From Thermoanaerobaculia bacterium (GTDB lineage Bacteria; Acidobacteriota; Thermoanaerobaculia; Gp7-AA8), in the NCBI GenBank assembly GCA_035569395.1, contig DATMNC010000063.1, positions 91,059-155,058 of the forward strand: DNA of 64,000 nucleotides. The letters run 5' to 3'. The position numbers and the translations under genes were made by a program. The notes below the pieces were generated by a model that was not told the origin of the DNA, searched no databases, and was given only the letters and a program-made list of their open reading frames with translations. Of this stretch, positions 63,585 through 64,000 are shown piece by piece. Each line of letters begins with the position of its first letter. Within the stretch, counting starts at the first letter, position 1.

Positions 63585-64000
63585 ATGACGACCACAGAGA
63601 TAGCCGGTGCGATGACCGCCGAAGAGATGATCGCGCTCACCAAGCGCCACACGATTTTTTCCTGGTCCGCGCAGGCGAGCGTGAATCCGATCGCGATGGT
63701 GCGCGGCGAAGGGATCTACTTCTGGGACGCCGACGGCAAGCGCTACATGGACATGAACTCGCAGCTCATGTGCGTGAACATCGGTCACGGCGAGAAGCGC
63801 GTCATCGAGGCCATCAAGCGTCAGGCCGACGAGCTGGTCTACGCAGGCCCCGGGATGGCCAGCCCCGTTCGCGCGCGCCTCGGAAAGATGCTTGCCGATC
63901 TCACACCCGGCGATCTCAATCGCTTCTTCTTCACCCTCGGCGGTGCCGAGGCCAACGAAAACGCCATCCGGATCGCGCGGATGGTCACTGGGCGGCAGAA
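63585..64000 (+). CDS. class III (omega) aminotransferase, 5' part only
   Basis: Not in the track because it runs off the window. My translation is MTTTEIAGAMTAEEMIALTKRHTIFSWSAQASVNPIAMVRGEGIYFWDADGKRYMDMNSQLMCVNIGHGEKRVIEAIKRQADEL...TLGGAEANENAIRIAR. Confidence 0.8.
   Translation, partial: MTTTEIAGAMTAEEMIALTKRHTIFSWSAQASVNPIAMVRGEGIYFWDADGKRYMDMNSQLMCVNIGHGEKRVIEAIKRQADELVYAGPGMASPVRARLGKMLADLTPGDLNRFFFTLGGAEANENAIRIARMVTGRQ

Overview
High-GC (about 65 %) bacterial chromosomal segment. The gene content and the repeat-rich secreted proteins suggest an Acidobacteriota-like soil organism, but that is inference only. Most of the window is housekeeping or envelope genes: sufB plus an Rrf2 regulator, glyQS, ppdK, gpsA-plsY, a trans-sulfuration pair, an amidase-GerMN-patatin operon, purA, kbl, Ku plus a stand-alone LigD phosphoesterase, thrABC, and tRNA-Pro/Arg/Ser. 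Many long ORFs in the supplied track are antisense shadows or over-extended N-termini, and I re-set starts where the sequence supports it. SufB (1..1239, minus) and a class-III aminotransferase (63585..64000) run off the window edges and are missing from the track. There are four accessory parts. (1) A lower-GC islet of about 4 kb (28.9-33.1 kb) holds an RHH-YfbU gene, a decayed vapBC-like locus, an array of eleven 21-bp tandem repeats (plus a partial, partly inverted twelfth) open in two frames, two unknown ORFs and a lipase-like protein that lacks the nucleophile Ser. (2) A 6.4-kb island sits in tRNA-Arg(TCT), bounded by a 32-nt direct repeat, with a decayed integrase and an ABC-transporter/membrane/aminotransferase cargo. 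(3) hicBA and a minimal-nucleotidyltransferase two-gene cassette. (4) A Met/Cys-rich 28-codon sORF plus terminator lies in front of an ATP-grasp / SfnG-like monooxygenase / aminotransferase cluster. The most unusual signal is not a gene. At ten intergenic sites, mostly directly after stop codons and between convergent genes, there are arrays of 7-9-nt tandem units. Nine are paired with a facing inverted array and one is a solo arm. The unit sequence differs from locus to locus (GTTGTCG, GGTTGCTG, GGTCTCG/GGTTGCG, GAATGTT, CGCAGAT, CACAGAG). Single arms of the same repeats also occur in frame inside glyS and thrC. I do not recognise this as a described element family. No CRISPR array, rRNA or intact transposase was seen. 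All repeat coordinates were read by hand and may be off by a few nt.
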